Of a stretch of 64,000 nucleotides of DNA, positions 34,429-45,451 are shown piece after piece; within the stretch, counting starts at the first letter, position 1; every line of letters begins with the position of its first letter. The stretch comes from Candidatus Methylomirabilia bacterium (GTDB lineage Bacteria; Methylomirabilota; Methylomirabilia; Rokubacteriales; CSP1-6). The stretch is from contig JBGQEL010000004.1 of the NCBI GenBank assembly GCA_041496385.1, forward strand, positions 32,001-96,000, in the 5' to 3' direction. Position numbers and translations under genes: made by a program. Under the pieces are notes generated by a model. The model made no database searches. It was not told the DNA's origin and saw only the letters and a program-made list of their open reading frames with translations.

Positions 34429-36716
34429 CTAGCATTCGTTGAAGCCGCACGACAGGCACTTCTTGCAGCCTTCCTCGTAGATGAACGTCGCCTGGCCGCA
34501 CTCCTTGCAAAGGTCGCCGATCTGCTTGCGGCCGTTCGCGTCCGCCGCCGGCGGCTCCGCCGCGGGCTTCACCTGCCCGATGTGCTCGGCGAGCGTCCGC
34601 GCGAGCGCGTCCGGCAGCGACAGGATCTTGGCCGGGCCGAAGCCGGTCGGCTGGCCGCCTCCGATCCTCGAAAGCTGGCTGATGACCTCCTCGAGCCTCC
34701 GCTGAGCCGTGAGGGGCGAAGGCAGCCTCAGGACGAGCGAAATCAGCCTCCCGAGCGCCTCCGCGACCGCCATCGTGTCGGAGCCGCCCTTTCCGACCTG
34801 GACGAACACCTCGAACGGGTCGCTGTCCGTGGTCTCGTTGACCGTGATGAACGCCGTGCCGATCGGCGTCTCGGTCCGGTAGGTCGAGCCGTTCAGGCTC
34901 CGCGGCCGCGGCCGGATGACCGCGGGAGTGGCGCTGGACGCGGACCCCGCCTTCTCCTTCTTGCCGACGCCGACGTTCAGCACCTGCTCGCCCTTGCAGC
35001 CGTCGCGGAACACGGTGATCCCGAGGCAGCCCAGGTCCCAGGCGAGCGTGTAGGCGCGCGCGACATCGGCCTCGGGCGCGTCGTTCGGCAGAAGATCGTC
35101 TTCGATACTCCATTGTCCGTGTAGCGCTGGAACGCCGCCTGATGCCGCACGTGCCACTCGAAGCCGATCTCGTGCGACGTCTTGAAGGTGTGCGCGGCCG
35201 CCTCGGGGATCCCGGGGATCCCGTGGAGCGACCCGCGCTTGGCGACCTCGCGCATCAGCGCGTCGGAGTAGAAGCCCTGCTCCTTCGCGATCCGCTCGAA
35301 GGTCTCGTTGACGAAGGTCAGCACCCGCTCGCCGTCGGGCTGCTTCACGCGGTGTTCGAAGGCGAGGGCGAAGATCGGCTCGACGCCGGACGAGCAGCCC
35401 GCGATCATCGAGATCGTCCCCGTCGGGGCGATCGTCGTGACCGTGGAGTTCCGGAAGGGCCGCTCGTTCTTGTAGATGGAGAGGCTCCAGTTCGGGAACG
35501 GTCCCCGCTCCTCGGCCAGCTTCGCCGATTGGTCGTGGGACTGTTCCTTCACGAACCCCATGAGCCGGTCGGCGAGGTCGATCGCCTCCTGGCTGTCGTA
35601 CGCGATGCCCATCGTGAACAGCAGGTCGGCCCAGCCCATGATGCCGAGGCCGATCCGCCGGTTGGCCTTCACCGTCGCGTCGATCACGGGCAGCGGGTAC
35701 GGGTTCATCTCGATGACGTCGTCGAGGAAGCGCACCGCCAGCCGAATGACGCGCTCCATCTCGTCCCAGTCGATCGACCACTCCCCGTCCTCGCCGCGCC
35801 GCGCGAACTTCGACACGTTCAGCGAGCCGAGGTTGCACGCTTCGTTGGGCAGGAGCGGCTGCTCCCCGCACGGGTTCGTCGCCTCGACCACGCCGATCTC
35901 GGGCGTCGGGTTCGCCGGGCTCGCGTTGATGCGGTCGATGAACACCATGCCCGGGTCGCCCGTGCGCCACGCGGCCCGCACGATCCGGTCGAAGACCTGC
36001 TGGGCCGAGAGCCGGCCCGTCGGCTCCCCGGTGTGCGGGTTGATCAGGTCGTACTCGGCGCCCGCCGCCAGGGCGTCCATGAACGTGTCGGTGGCCGCGA
36101 CGGAGATGTTGAAGTTGGTGATCCCGCCGTCGAGCTTGCAGTCGATGAACTCGAGGACGTCGGGATGATCCACCTTCAGGATCCCCATGTTCGCGCCGCG
36201 CCGCGTTCCGCCCTGCTTGACCGCCTCCGTGGCGCTGTTGAACACCCGGAGGAAGGACACCGGCCCGGACGCCCGGCCGCCGGTGGAGGCGACGATGTCG
36301 TCCTTGGGGCGAAGCCGCGAGAACGCAAAGCCGGTGCCGCCGCCCGATTTGTGGATGATCGCCGCGGCCTTCACCGAATCGAAGATCTCTTCCATCGAGT
36401 CGCCCACCGGCAGGACGTAACAGGCCGAGTACTGCAGCCCGTTTCCCTTTCCCGCGTTCATCAGGGTGGGCGAGTTCGGCAGGAAGTAGCCGTCGACCAT
36501 CATCTCGTAGAACGCGCTCGCGATCTCCCGGACGGCCGCCTGGCTCCGTCCGTAGCGTGCCTCGCCCGCGGCGATGGAGAGCGCGACCCGCCAGCACATC
36601 TCCTCCGGCGTCTCGATCACCTCGCCACCCTCGCGCATCAGGTAGCGCTCCCGCAAAACACGCAACGCGGGCTCGGTCCATGCGCCGACTTTCGGCGGAC
36701 GGGTCTCAGACAACAT
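34429..36716 (-). CDS. nrdJ: Adenosylcobalamin-dependent (class II) ribonucleotide reductase, frameshifted near 35093 in this sequence
   Basis: PNSPTLMNAG, RRGANM, NPCGEQ, CNLGS and TIAPTGT in ORF 34977-36716; continuation LPND..GITVFRDG, TSCPD-like ILSLPDA and C-terminal Cys cluster in ORF 34429-36681. Confidence 0.9.
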
Positions 36717-36737
36717 ACGGGGCCTCCTCCCGATCAG

Positions 36738-36785
36738 ACACGATATCTAGTGGTGAGCGCGAGCCTAGCACGCTGAATCTAGCGG
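36738..36785. promoter_or_regulatory. Tandem NrdR boxes
   Basis: ACACGATATCTAGTGG (36738-36753) fits acaCwAtATaTwGtg; weaker copy ACGCTGAATCTAGCGG starts 32 bp away (36770-36785); directly upstream of nrdJ. Confidence 0.8.
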
Positions 36786-36800
36786 CCGTCAAGAAAAAAG

Positions 36801-36842
36801 GTGTCCACCGTTCTCCACAGGGGTTCCACCTGTCTGTCCACC
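36801..36842 (+). repeat. Four direct TCCAC-core nonamers resembling DnaA boxes
   Basis: GTGTCCACC 36801, TTCTCCACA 36811, GGTTCCACC 36822, CTGTCCACC 36834. Confidence 0.55.
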
Positions 36843-36866
36843 GGCTCGTGTTATTCTCGGGGCCGT

Positions 36867-38234
36867 ATGAAATCGGTCTCGACATTCCTTATTCTCGCGC
36901 TGGTCTCACTCAGTTGCCACGCTGCGGTCGCACTCGCACAGACTCCGCCGTCTCCAGCTCCGGCGACGCCCGGCGCGCCTCAAGCGTCACCGACTCGGAC
37001 GCCCATCGCCGGCAGGGTGCTGGTCCTCGACGAGTGCATCGCGATCGCACTCGAGTCGCAGCCCAAGATCCAGGCGACGCTCTTCGACTACGCCGCGGCG
37101 CGCTATCGCGTAAACCAGGCGTTCGCGCCGCTGCTGCCGCAGCTCACGGGCTCCGTGTCGGCCGCGCAGAACTCGGGGACGTTGCTGAGCACCTCGCCGA
37201 CGACGGGCGTGACGACGGGGTTCGTTCAGACCCGCTCGCTCTCGCAGACCTTCCTCGCCCAGGTCCAGCTCTCCCAGCTCCTCTTCGATTTCGGCAAGAA
37301 CCTCGCGGCCACCGAAGCCGCGCGGAAGCTCGCGGAGATCGCCGTCGAGAACATCGAACTCCAGCGGCAGCTCATCGCGCTCGCGGTGAAAGAGGCGTAC
37401 ACCAACACGCTGTTCGCCCAGCGCCTGATCAAGGTGAACCAGGAGGCGCTCAGCCGCGCCGACCTGAACCTCAGGTCCAGCAAGGGCTTCTTCGAGGTCG
37501 GCACCCGCCCGAAGTCCGACGTCGTGCGCGCCGAGGTCGACGTGGCGAACGCCAAGCTGGCGCTCATCCAGGCACGCAACGCCCTGCGTACCGCGATCGT
37601 CGCGCTCAACATCGCGATGGCGATCGACGTGGACACGCCGACCCAGATCAAGGACAACCTGATCTTCGAGACGGTGACGATCGACCGCCAGCAGCACCGT
37701 GCGGAGGCCCTCAAGAACCGGCCCGAGTACCGCCAGGCCAGGCTGAGCGTCGGAGCGGCGGAGGCCACCGAGCGGCAGACCTTCCGCAACTTCTTCCCCG
37801 ACGTCAGCGGCACCGGGACCTACGGCGGGAGCCAGCCGCAGTTCAACGAGAGCTGGGCGCTCGGGCTGACCTTCACCTGGTCGCTCTTCGACGGCGGCGG
37901 GCGCATCGCGAAGTACCAGGAGGCCAAGGCCAACCTCGAGGGAGCAAAGGCCCGCGTGCGGTCCGCCGAGCTCGACATCCTCCAAAATGTCGAGCAGTCG
38001 GAGATCGCCGTCGAGGAGACGCAGGAACGCATCCAGGCCGCGCAGGCGCTGGTCGCCTCGGCGCAGGAGAACTTCCGTCTCGCCCAGGGCCGCTTCGACG
38101 CGGGAGTCGGCACCATCCTGGAGCTGACCGACGCGCAGCTGGCGTTCACCCAGGCGCAGAGCACGGAGACACAGGCGCTCGCGGACTACCGCATCGCCCT
38201 GGCGCGGCTCGAGCGGGCGCTGGGTCGGCGCTGA
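36867..38234 (+). CDS. TolC family outer membrane efflux protein
   Basis: Signal peptide from ATG 36867, LLPQL, QLLFDFGK, LFDGG, RFDAGVGTILELTDAQ. Confidence 0.92.
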   Translation: MKSVSTFLILALVSLSCHAAVALAQTPPSPAPATPGAPQASPTRTPIAGRVLVLDECIAIALESQPKIQATLFDYAAARYRVNQAFAPLLPQLTGSVSAAQNSGTLLSTSPTTGVTTGFVQTRSLSQTFLAQVQLSQLLFDFGKNLAATEAARKLAEIAVENIELQRQLIALAVKEAYTNTLFAQRLIKVNQEALSRADLNLRSSKGFFEVGTRPKSDVVRAEVDVANAKLALIQARNALRTAIVALNIAMAIDVDTPTQIKDNLIFETVTIDRQQHRAEALKNRPEYRQARLSVGAAEATERQTFRNFFPDVSGTGTYGGSQPQFNESWALGLTFTWSLFDGGGRIAKYQEAKANLEGAKARVRSAELDILQNVEQSEIAVEETQERIQAAQALVASAQENFRLAQGRFDAGVGTILELTDAQLAFTQAQSTETQALADYRIALARLERALGRR

Positions 38235-38275
38235 ACGCCCTGTAAACATTCACGACTCGCCGGACGTCTAGAGAG

Positions 38276-39937
38276 ATGATGCGACGAATCCTTTCCGTGG
38301 TGATCGTCGCGGGCCTGGTCGGCGCTGGTGTCTGGGCGTTTCTCTACACGCAGAGCCGGGGCAACGCGCCGAAGTACCGACTCGTGAAGGTGGAGCGTGG
38401 CGCCCTGACGGCCGCCGTCTCGGCCACCGGCAACCTGAACGCCGTCATCACCGTCCAGGTGGGCAGCCAGGTGTCCGGCCAGATCAAGGAGCTGCTCGTC
38501 GACTTCAACTCCGTCGTGAAGAAGAACCAGGTCGTCGCGCGGATCGACCCGGACATCTTCGTGGCCAAGGTCAACCAGGCGAAGGCCGACGTCGACTCCG
38601 CCAAGGCCACCGTGCTCAACCAGCAGGCGCTGGTCGAAAAAACTCGCGCCGATCTCGAGAATGCGCGCGCGGCGGCGGCCGAGGGCCGGGCCCAGACCGC
38701 CAAGGCGCAGGTCGCCGTGGTCGACGGCAAGCGGGACTACGATCGCAAGACCGAGCTGTTCGCCCGCAAGCTGATCGCCAAGAGCGACCTCGACTCCTCG
38801 CAGGCCACGCACGATTCGGCCCTCGCCCAGCTCGATTCGGCCAAGGCGCACGACCAGGCGCTCGAGTCCGCCATCCAGTCCGCGGTCGCCCAGCTCCGCG
38901 TGGTGCAAGCCATGCTCGAGTCCGCGCGCGCCCAGGTGCAGCAGAAGGACGCCGCGCTCAAGCAGGCCCAGCTCGATCTGGACCACACGACGATCCTCGC
39001 GCCGGTCGACGGGGTCGTCGTCTCTCGACAGGTCGACGTGGGCCAGACGGTGGCCGCCAGCCTTCAGGCGCCCGTGCTCTTCACGATCGCCCAGGACCTC
39101 ACCAAGATGCAGGTCGAGACGAGCGTGGACGAGGCCGACATCGGCCGCATCAAGCTCGACGACCGCGCGGCGTTCACGGTGGACGCGTTCCCGGGCGAGA
39201 CGTTCGTGGGCACCGTGACCCAGATCCGCAAGGCCGCCCAGATCGTCCAGAACGTCGTGACCTACACCGTGATCGTCGCCGTGGGCAATCCCTCGGGCAA
39301 GCTCCTGCCAGGGATGACCGCCAACGTCAAGCTCGTCGTCGCGCAGAAGCCGAGCGTCCTGAAGGTGGCGAACGCGGCGCTCCGGTTCCGCCCGGCCGGC
39401 GCCGACGCCGCCGGTCCGGGCGCGGCGCCGCCGGGTGGCGGCGCGAGCACGGGCCGCGGCGGCGGCGCGGCAGGCGGCGGCCAGCCGTCGCTCGAGCAGG
39501 TGCGCGAGCGGCTCGTGACGGAGCTGAAGCTCAGCGAGGAGCAGCAGAAGAAGCTCGAGCCGATCCTCCAGGAGGGCCGCGAGCAGTTCCGCGCGCTCCA
39601 GGGGCTGCCGGAGGGCGACCGACGGGCGCAGGCGCAGAAGATCCGCGAGGCCCAGCGCGCGCGCATCCGGGAGTTCCTCACCGACGCGCAGAAGACACGC
39701 TATGACGAGATCGTGGCCGCGCAGGGCGGCGAGGCCGGGCGAGCCGGGATCGCCGGTCGCGTCTGGATCGTGGGACCCGACGGCAAGCCCAGCGTGATCG
39801 CCCTCACGCTGGGGCTGAGCGACGGGAGCGCCACGGAGGTCCTGCGCGGCGAGATCAAGGAAGGTCAGGACGTGATCGTCGGCCTCGCGGGCGCTCGCGG
39901 CACCCAGCCGCAGAGCGCGCCGCGCCTAAGGCTCTAG
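38276..39937 (+). CDS. MacA-like periplasmic adaptor subunit with an extra helical insertion
   Basis: VGSQVSGQI, long coiled coil, [32 protein letters not shown]. Confidence 0.92.
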   Translation: MMRRILSVVIVAGLVGAGVWAFLYTQSRGNAPKYRLVKVERGALTAAVSATGNLNAVITVQVGSQVSGQIKELLVDFNSVVKKNQVVARIDPDIFVAKVNQAKADVDSAKATVLNQQALVEKTRADLENARAAAAEGRAQTAKAQVAVVDGKRDYDRKTELFARKLIAKSDLDSSQATHDSALAQLDSAKAHDQALESAIQSAVAQLRVVQAMLESARAQVQQKDAALKQAQLDLDHTTILAPVDGVVVSRQVDVGQTVAASLQAPVLFTIAQDLTKMQVETSVDEADIGRIKLDDRAAFTVDAFPGETFVGTVTQIRKAAQIVQNVVTYTVIVAVGNPSGKLLPGMTANVKLVVAQKPSVLKVANAALRFRPAGADAAGPGAAPPGGGASTGRGGGAAGGGQPSLEQVRERLVTELKLSEEQQKKLEPILQEGREQFRALQGLPEGDRRAQAQKIREAQRARIREFLTDAQKTRYDEIVAAQGGEAGRAGIAGRVWIVGPDGKPSVIALTLGLSDGSATEVLRGEIKEGQDVIVGLAGARGTQPQSAPRLRL

Positions 39938-39939
39938 CC

Positions 39940-40682
<743 letters not shown>

Positions 40683-40686
<4 letters not shown>

Positions 40687-41915
40687 GCGTCTGGCAGAGC
40701 GTCCGGATCGCCGGCCGGGCCCTCCGGGTGAACAAGCTCCGGAGCGCCCTCACGATGCTCGGGATCATCATCGGCGTCAGCGCCGTCATCGCGATGGTCG
40801 GCGTCGGCGCCGGCGCCCAGGCGCGGGTCGCCGAGCAGATCCAGAGCCTCGGGTCGAACCTCATCATCGTGCTCTCGGGCAGCACGACCTCGGGCGGCGT
40901 CCGCCTCGGGAACAGCAGCCAGCTCACGATCACCGAGGACGACGCCGCGGCGATCGCGCGCGAGGTCGCCAGCGTCCAGGTCGCGGCGCCGTCGGTGCGC
41001 GGCTCGGCCCAGGTGGTCTACGGAAACCTCAACTGGTCGACCGCCATCCAGGGGGTGACGCCCGACTACGCGGAGGCGCGCGAGTGGCCGGTGATGGACG
41101 GCCGGCACGTGGGCCCCGAGGACGTGGACGGCGCGACCAAGGTGGCGCTGCTCGGCCAGACGACGGCGCTCAATCTCTTCGGCGAGGCCGAGCCCCTCGG
41201 CCAGATCATCCGGATCAAGAAGGTCCCCTTCACCGTCATCGGCGTGCTCACGCGCAAGGGCCAGAACTCCTGGGGCCAGGACCAGGACGACATCATCCTG
41301 ATCCCGATCTCGACCGCGAAGAAGAAGGTGATCGGCACGAGCCAGGCCAATCCACGCGCCGTCGGCTCGATCTCCATCAAGATCCGTCCCGGCGAGGACA
41401 TGACGGAGGCCGAGGACCAGATCCGCGGGCTGCTGCGGCAGCGGCACCGGCTCCAGCCGTTCCAGGACGACGACTTCTGGCTCCGCAACCTCTCCGAGAT
41501 TCTCCAGACACAGGAGGACTCCTCGCGGGTCATGACGTACCTGCTCGCGGCGATCGCCTCGGTGTCGCTGCTCGTCGGCGGGATCGGCATCATGAACATC
41601 ATGCTCGTGTCGGTCACCGAGCGCACCCGCGAGATCGGCCTGCGCATGGCGGTCGGCGCCCGCCGGCGGCACATCCTGCTCCAGTTCCTGATCGAGGCGG
41701 TGACGCTCTCGCTGATCGGCGGGATCGTCGGCATCGCGCTGGGCGTCGGCGGCTCCGAGCTGATCAGCTACTTCGCCGAGTGGCGCACCCTCGTCGCGCC
41801 CGAGTCGATCGTGCTGGCGTTCGGCTTCGCCGCCGCGATCGGGATCTTCTTCGGATTCTATCCGGCCCGGAAGGCCTCGCGCCTCGATCCGATCGACGCG
41901 CTCCGCTACGAGTAG
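40683..41915 (+). CDS. MacB/FtsX-type ABC transporter permease
   Basis: [47 protein letters not shown] overlaps the upstream stop. Confidence 0.94.
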
Positions 41916-41918
41916 CGC

Positions 41919-43109
41919 CTAGTCCTTCGGCAGTCCCAGCACGCGCTCGGCCAGGATGTTGCGGTTGATCTCCGACGTCCCGGCCGCGATCGTATCGCCG
42001 CGCGAGCGCAGGAAGCGCTGCTGCCAGTAGCCGTCCTCGACCGCCCGGCCGCTCCCCTGCGTCAGCGCGGCGTAGGGCCCCTCGATCTCCAGCATCAGCT
42101 CGAGCGCCCGCTGGACCGCCTCGCTCCAGAAGAGCTTGGCCCCCGACCCCTCGGCGCCCGGCGGCTCGCCGCGGAGCATCCGCGTGAGCGCCCGGAGGTT
42201 CGAGAACCGCAGCGCCTCCGCGTCGATGTAGAGCTGGGCGAGTCGCTGCCGGATCACGGGATCGGCCGCCGCGGGTGCCGCGCCGCGGAGCGTCGTCCGC
42301 GCGAGCTCGCGGGCGGCGTCGATAGCGTGGCGCAGGTGGAGCTGGCGCGAGATCGTCCGCGGGCCGCGCTCGAACATGAGCGTGGTGATCGCGACCTCCC
42401 AGCCTCCGTTCACGCGGCCCACCACGTTCTCCACGGGTACCCGCGCGCCGTCGAAGAACATCTCGTTGAACTCCGCCTCGCCGCTGATCTGCCGCAGCGG
42501 TCGCACGCCGACGCCGGCCGTGCGCATGTCCACGAGGAGGAACGTGAGCCCCTTGTGCCTGGGAGCGGCGGGATCGGTCCGGGCGAGCAGGATGCACCAC
42601 TCCGCGTACTGCGCGTACGTCGTCCACACCTTCTGGCCGCTGAGCACGAAGGCGCCGCCGTCGCGGACCGCGCGCGTCTCGACGGCGGCGAGGTCGGAGC
42701 CCGCGTTGGGCTCGGAGAAGCCCTGGCAGAAGATCTGCTCGGCGGACAGGATGGCCGACAGGTGCGCGCGCTTCTGCGCCTCGGTCCCGTGCGCGATGAG
42801 CGCCGGGCCCGCCATGTCGAGGCCGATCACGTTCGGAAGCTCCGGGGCCCGCGCCCGGGCGAGCTCCTCGTAGAAGATCGCCTGCTGCATGATCGTGGCG
42901 CCCCGGCCGCCGTACGCGCGCGGCCAGGAGAGGCCCATGTAGCCCGCGTCGCAGAGCCGCCGCTGCCAGTCGCGCAGGAAGGCGAACATCGCGTCCTGCG
43001 TCGCGAACCGCCGCCGCACGCGCGCCCAGTCCTCACGCCAGTTCGTCCGGAGCCACGCGCGCAGCTCGTCACGAAACGCCTGGTCGTCGGTCCCCAGCTT
43101 GAAGTGCAT
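41919..43109 (-). CDS. Acyl-CoA dehydrogenase family protein
   Basis: QGFSEPNAGSDL, GQKVWT, FNEMFFD, IAAGTSEINRN; ATG at 43109 with GGGGAGG SD. Confidence 0.92.
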   Translation of the reverse strand: MHFKLGTDDQAFRDELRAWLRTNWREDWARVRRRFATQDAMFAFLRDWQRRLCDAGYMGLSWPRAYGGRGATIMQQAIFYEELARARAPELPNVIGLDMAGPALIAHGTEAQKRAHLSAILSAEQIFCQGFSEPNAGSDLAAVETRAVRDGGAFVLSGQKVWTTYAQYAEWCILLARTDPAAPRHKGLTFLLVDMRTAGVGVRPLRQISGEAEFNEMFFDGARVPVENVVGRVNGGWEVAITTLMFERGPRTISRQLHLRHAIDAARELARTTLRGAAPAAADPVIRQRLAQLYIDAEALRFSNLRALTRMLRGEPPGAEGSGAKLFWSEAVQRALELMLEIEGPYAALTQGSGRAVEDGYWQQRFLRSRGDTIAAGTSEINRNILAERVLGLPKD

Positions 43110-43144
43110 GCCCCTCCCCGTTCGTTTGCTATGTTCTAGGCGCG

Positions 43145-43603
43145 ATGGCCCGCGCTCGCGCGCGCTCCCGGAAACGTACGGCGGCCGCCCGGCGTCCACG
43201 CGCCAGCGGACCCCGCCCGACCGCGGCGGAGACGCGTCTGCTGGCGCTCGCGCGGGAGATCGCCCGCCTGCCGCTCCCGGCCGCCCTCGAGCAGCTCGCA
43301 TCCGCGTGGGCGCCGAACGCGCCGCTGCCGCGCGAGGTGGCGCTGGCGTGGCTGAAGAGCCGCGGCGACAAGACCGCCGCGCTCGCGCTCGCGTGGGCCC
43401 GCGAGCAGGTACGCCTCTCGCTCCAGGAGGTCGTCGAGGCGACCCCCAGGGACCGGCGTGGCCGCATCGACGCGCCGCCCGACACGCTCGCCTGGATCCT
43501 GCTCGCCGCCTGCGTGGCGCTCGCGCACGAACCGCCCTCGGCCGTGGCCGAGCGCGCGGGCGCGCTGCTCGAGCTCACTGGCCACGGCGCCGCGATGGGA
43601 TGA
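43145..43603 (+). CDS. Hypothetical helical protein (possibly TetR C-terminal-like)
   Basis: Fills the gap divergent from the acyl-CoA dehydrogenase; extended -10 TGcTATGTT shortly upstream; no firm motif. Confidence 0.55.
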   Translation: MARARARSRKRTAAARRPRASGPRPTAAETRLLALAREIARLPLPAALEQLASAWAPNAPLPREVALAWLKSRGDKTAALALAWAREQVRLSLQEVVEATPRDRRGRIDAPPDTLAWILLAACVALAHEPPSAVAERAGALLELTGHGAAMG

Positions 43604-44030
43604 GGATCTCGAGCGCGAGGATGGCGGCGCCGGCCGCCATCGCCGCGCCGTTCAGTTGCACCGACGCCCGGTGCGCCCGGGCGAAGGCGACGTCGTCGCG
43701 GCCTCGCCGGGCCGCCTCGGCCCGCGGCAGCACGACGGTGGACGCGGAGACGAGGAGCGCGAGCATCGCCCCGCAGAGGGCGGCGCTCGCCAGCGGCCGC
43801 AGCCGGCCGTCCCGTCCCGAGACCGCCCGGATCACCGACGCCACCAGCGTGACGGCGCAGAGCGCGATGCCCCACTGGTAGTAGCGCGGGAGCACGGCCG
43901 CGACCGCCTGACCGGCGACCGCGCGATCGATCGCGCGGAAGACGGTCGGCGCGACGCCGAACGAGAAGAACATCATGATGCCGAGCCAGGCCGCCGTCGC
44001 GATCAGTCCGAGCGCGCGGAGCATTGTCAT
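43575..44030 (-). CDS. DUF4149/TMEM205-like membrane protein
   Basis: Four TM segments; WLG..FF..VAP.VF, AG..V..V.P.Y, F..AH..S..LN pattern. Confidence 0.75.
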   Translation of the reverse strand: MTMLRALGLIATAAWLGIMMFFSFGVAPTVFRAIDRAVAGQAVAAVLPRYYQWGIALCAVTLVASVIRAVSGRDGRLRPLASAALCGAMLALLVSASTVVLPRAEAARRGRDDVAFARAHRASVQLNGAAMAAGAAILALEILIPSRRRGQ

Positions 44031-44051
44031 CTCCTCGACATCCTACGCCGC

Positions 44052-45383
44052 CTAGCGCCGTCCCGCGGCTCGATCGAGCTGCGCCAGCGCGATGCGGTAG
44101 TCGGCCAGCGCCTGGGCCTCGGTGCTCTGGGCCTGCGTCAGCGCGAGCTGCGCGTCGGTCAGCTCGAGGATCGTCCCCACCCCCACGTCGAAGCGGCCCT
44201 GCGCGAGCCGGAAGTTCTCCTGCGCCGACGCGATCAACGCCTGGGCCGCCTGGATTCGCTCCTGCGTCCCCTCGACGGCGATCTCCGCCTGCTCGAGATT
44301 CTGGAGGATCGTCAGCTCGCTCGCCCGGCTCCGGGCGCCCGCGGCACCGAGGCTGGCCTTCGCCTGGTCGTACGCCGCGATCAGGTTGCCTCCGTCGAAG
44401 ATCGACCAGGTCATTGCGAGGCCGATCGTCCAGTTCGGATTGAGCTGGGTCTGGCTTCCCCCGTAGGAGCCGGTCCCGCTGATACTGGGCAGAAACGCGC
44501 GCGAGGCCGCCTGGACGCCGGCCTCGGCGGCGGCCACCTGCAGCTTCGACTGGCGGTGCTCGGGACTCTGGCGGAGTGCCTCGGCGCGGAGCGCGGCCCG
44601 ATCCAGCGTGACCGGCCCGTAGTCGAGAGTGCCCTGCACCTCCGTCGGTGTGCTCGCGTCGACCGCCATCGCCGTGTTGAGCGCGACGCGGGCCGTCCGC
44701 AGGGCGTTCCGGGCGTTGATCAGGTCGACGCGGGCGTTGGCGACGTCGACCTCGGCGCGCACCACCGTGGACAGGGGCTGCGTGCCGACATCGACGAACC
44801 CCTTCGCCGACGTGAGGTTCAGCTGGGCGCGGCCGACCGCCTCCTCCTGGACACGGATCAAGCGGTGCGCGAGCAGGATGTTGGTGTACGCCTCCTTCAC
44901 GGTGAGGGTGATGAGCTGGCGCTGGAGCTCGACGCCCTCGGCGGCGACCTCGGCGAGCTTCCGCGCCACCTGGGTGGTCGCCAGGGTCTTGCCAAAGTCG
45001 AAGAGCAGCTGCGACAGCTGCACCTGCGCCTGGAACGTGTCCCGCGGTTGACGGCTGATGGCGGTCGTCGACGTCTGGCCCGTCGTCGACGACGTGGAGA
45101 CGAGCGTGCTGTGGCTCCGCGTGGCGGTGGACGAGCCCGTGAGCTGCGGCAGGAGCGGCGCGAACGCCTCACGTACCTGGGCGCGCGCGGCCGCGTAGTC
45201 GTAGAGCGTCGCCTGGATCAGCGGCTGGGCTTCGAGCGCGCGCGCGACGCATTCGTCGATCGTGAGGAACCGACCGACGACGGCGGGCGCCGGCTCGCGG
45301 GGCGCCGAAGCCTGCGCGTGCCCGATCGCCGGAAGGCTCAGCGCGAGGAAGAGGCTCAAGGCCGCCGATCGCAGTCTCGTCAT
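44052..45383 (-). CDS. TolC family outer membrane protein (close paralogue of 36867-38234)
   Basis: Same motifs as the first TolC; ATG at 45383 with GGAGG SD. Confidence 0.92.
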   Translation of the reverse strand: MTRLRSAALSLFLALSLPAIGHAQASAPREPAPAVVGRFLTIDECVARALEAQPLIQATLYDYAAARAQVREAFAPLLPQLTGSSTATRSHSTLVSTSSTTGQTSTTAISRQPRDTFQAQVQLSQLLFDFGKTLATTQVARKLAEVAAEGVELQRQLITLTVKEAYTNILLAHRLIRVQEEAVGRAQLNLTSAKGFVDVGTQPLSTVVRAEVDVANARVDLINARNALRTARVALNTAMAVDASTPTEVQGTLDYGPVTLDRAALRAEALRQSPEHRQSKLQVAAAEAGVQAASRAFLPSISGTGSYGGSQTQLNPNWTIGLAMTWSIFDGGNLIAAYDQAKASLGAAGARSRASELTILQNLEQAEIAVEGTQERIQAAQALIASAQENFRLAQGRFDVGVGTILELTDAQLALTQAQSTEAQALADYRIALAQLDRAAGRR

Positions 45384-45451
45384 TGGGATCCTCCATGGAA
45401 CTGCCTGCGGGATGCCGTGGGGGCGGGCTGTGGGGAAGCCGCCGGAGCGCG

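Noticed and set aside
36717..36866. Possible oriC at the switch from a 36-kb minus-strand block to plus-strand genes
   Set aside because: Only about 150 bp, no extended AT-rich unwinding element, no dnaA/dnaN/parAB nearby, and gene orientation is mixed afterwards; GC skew could not be computed
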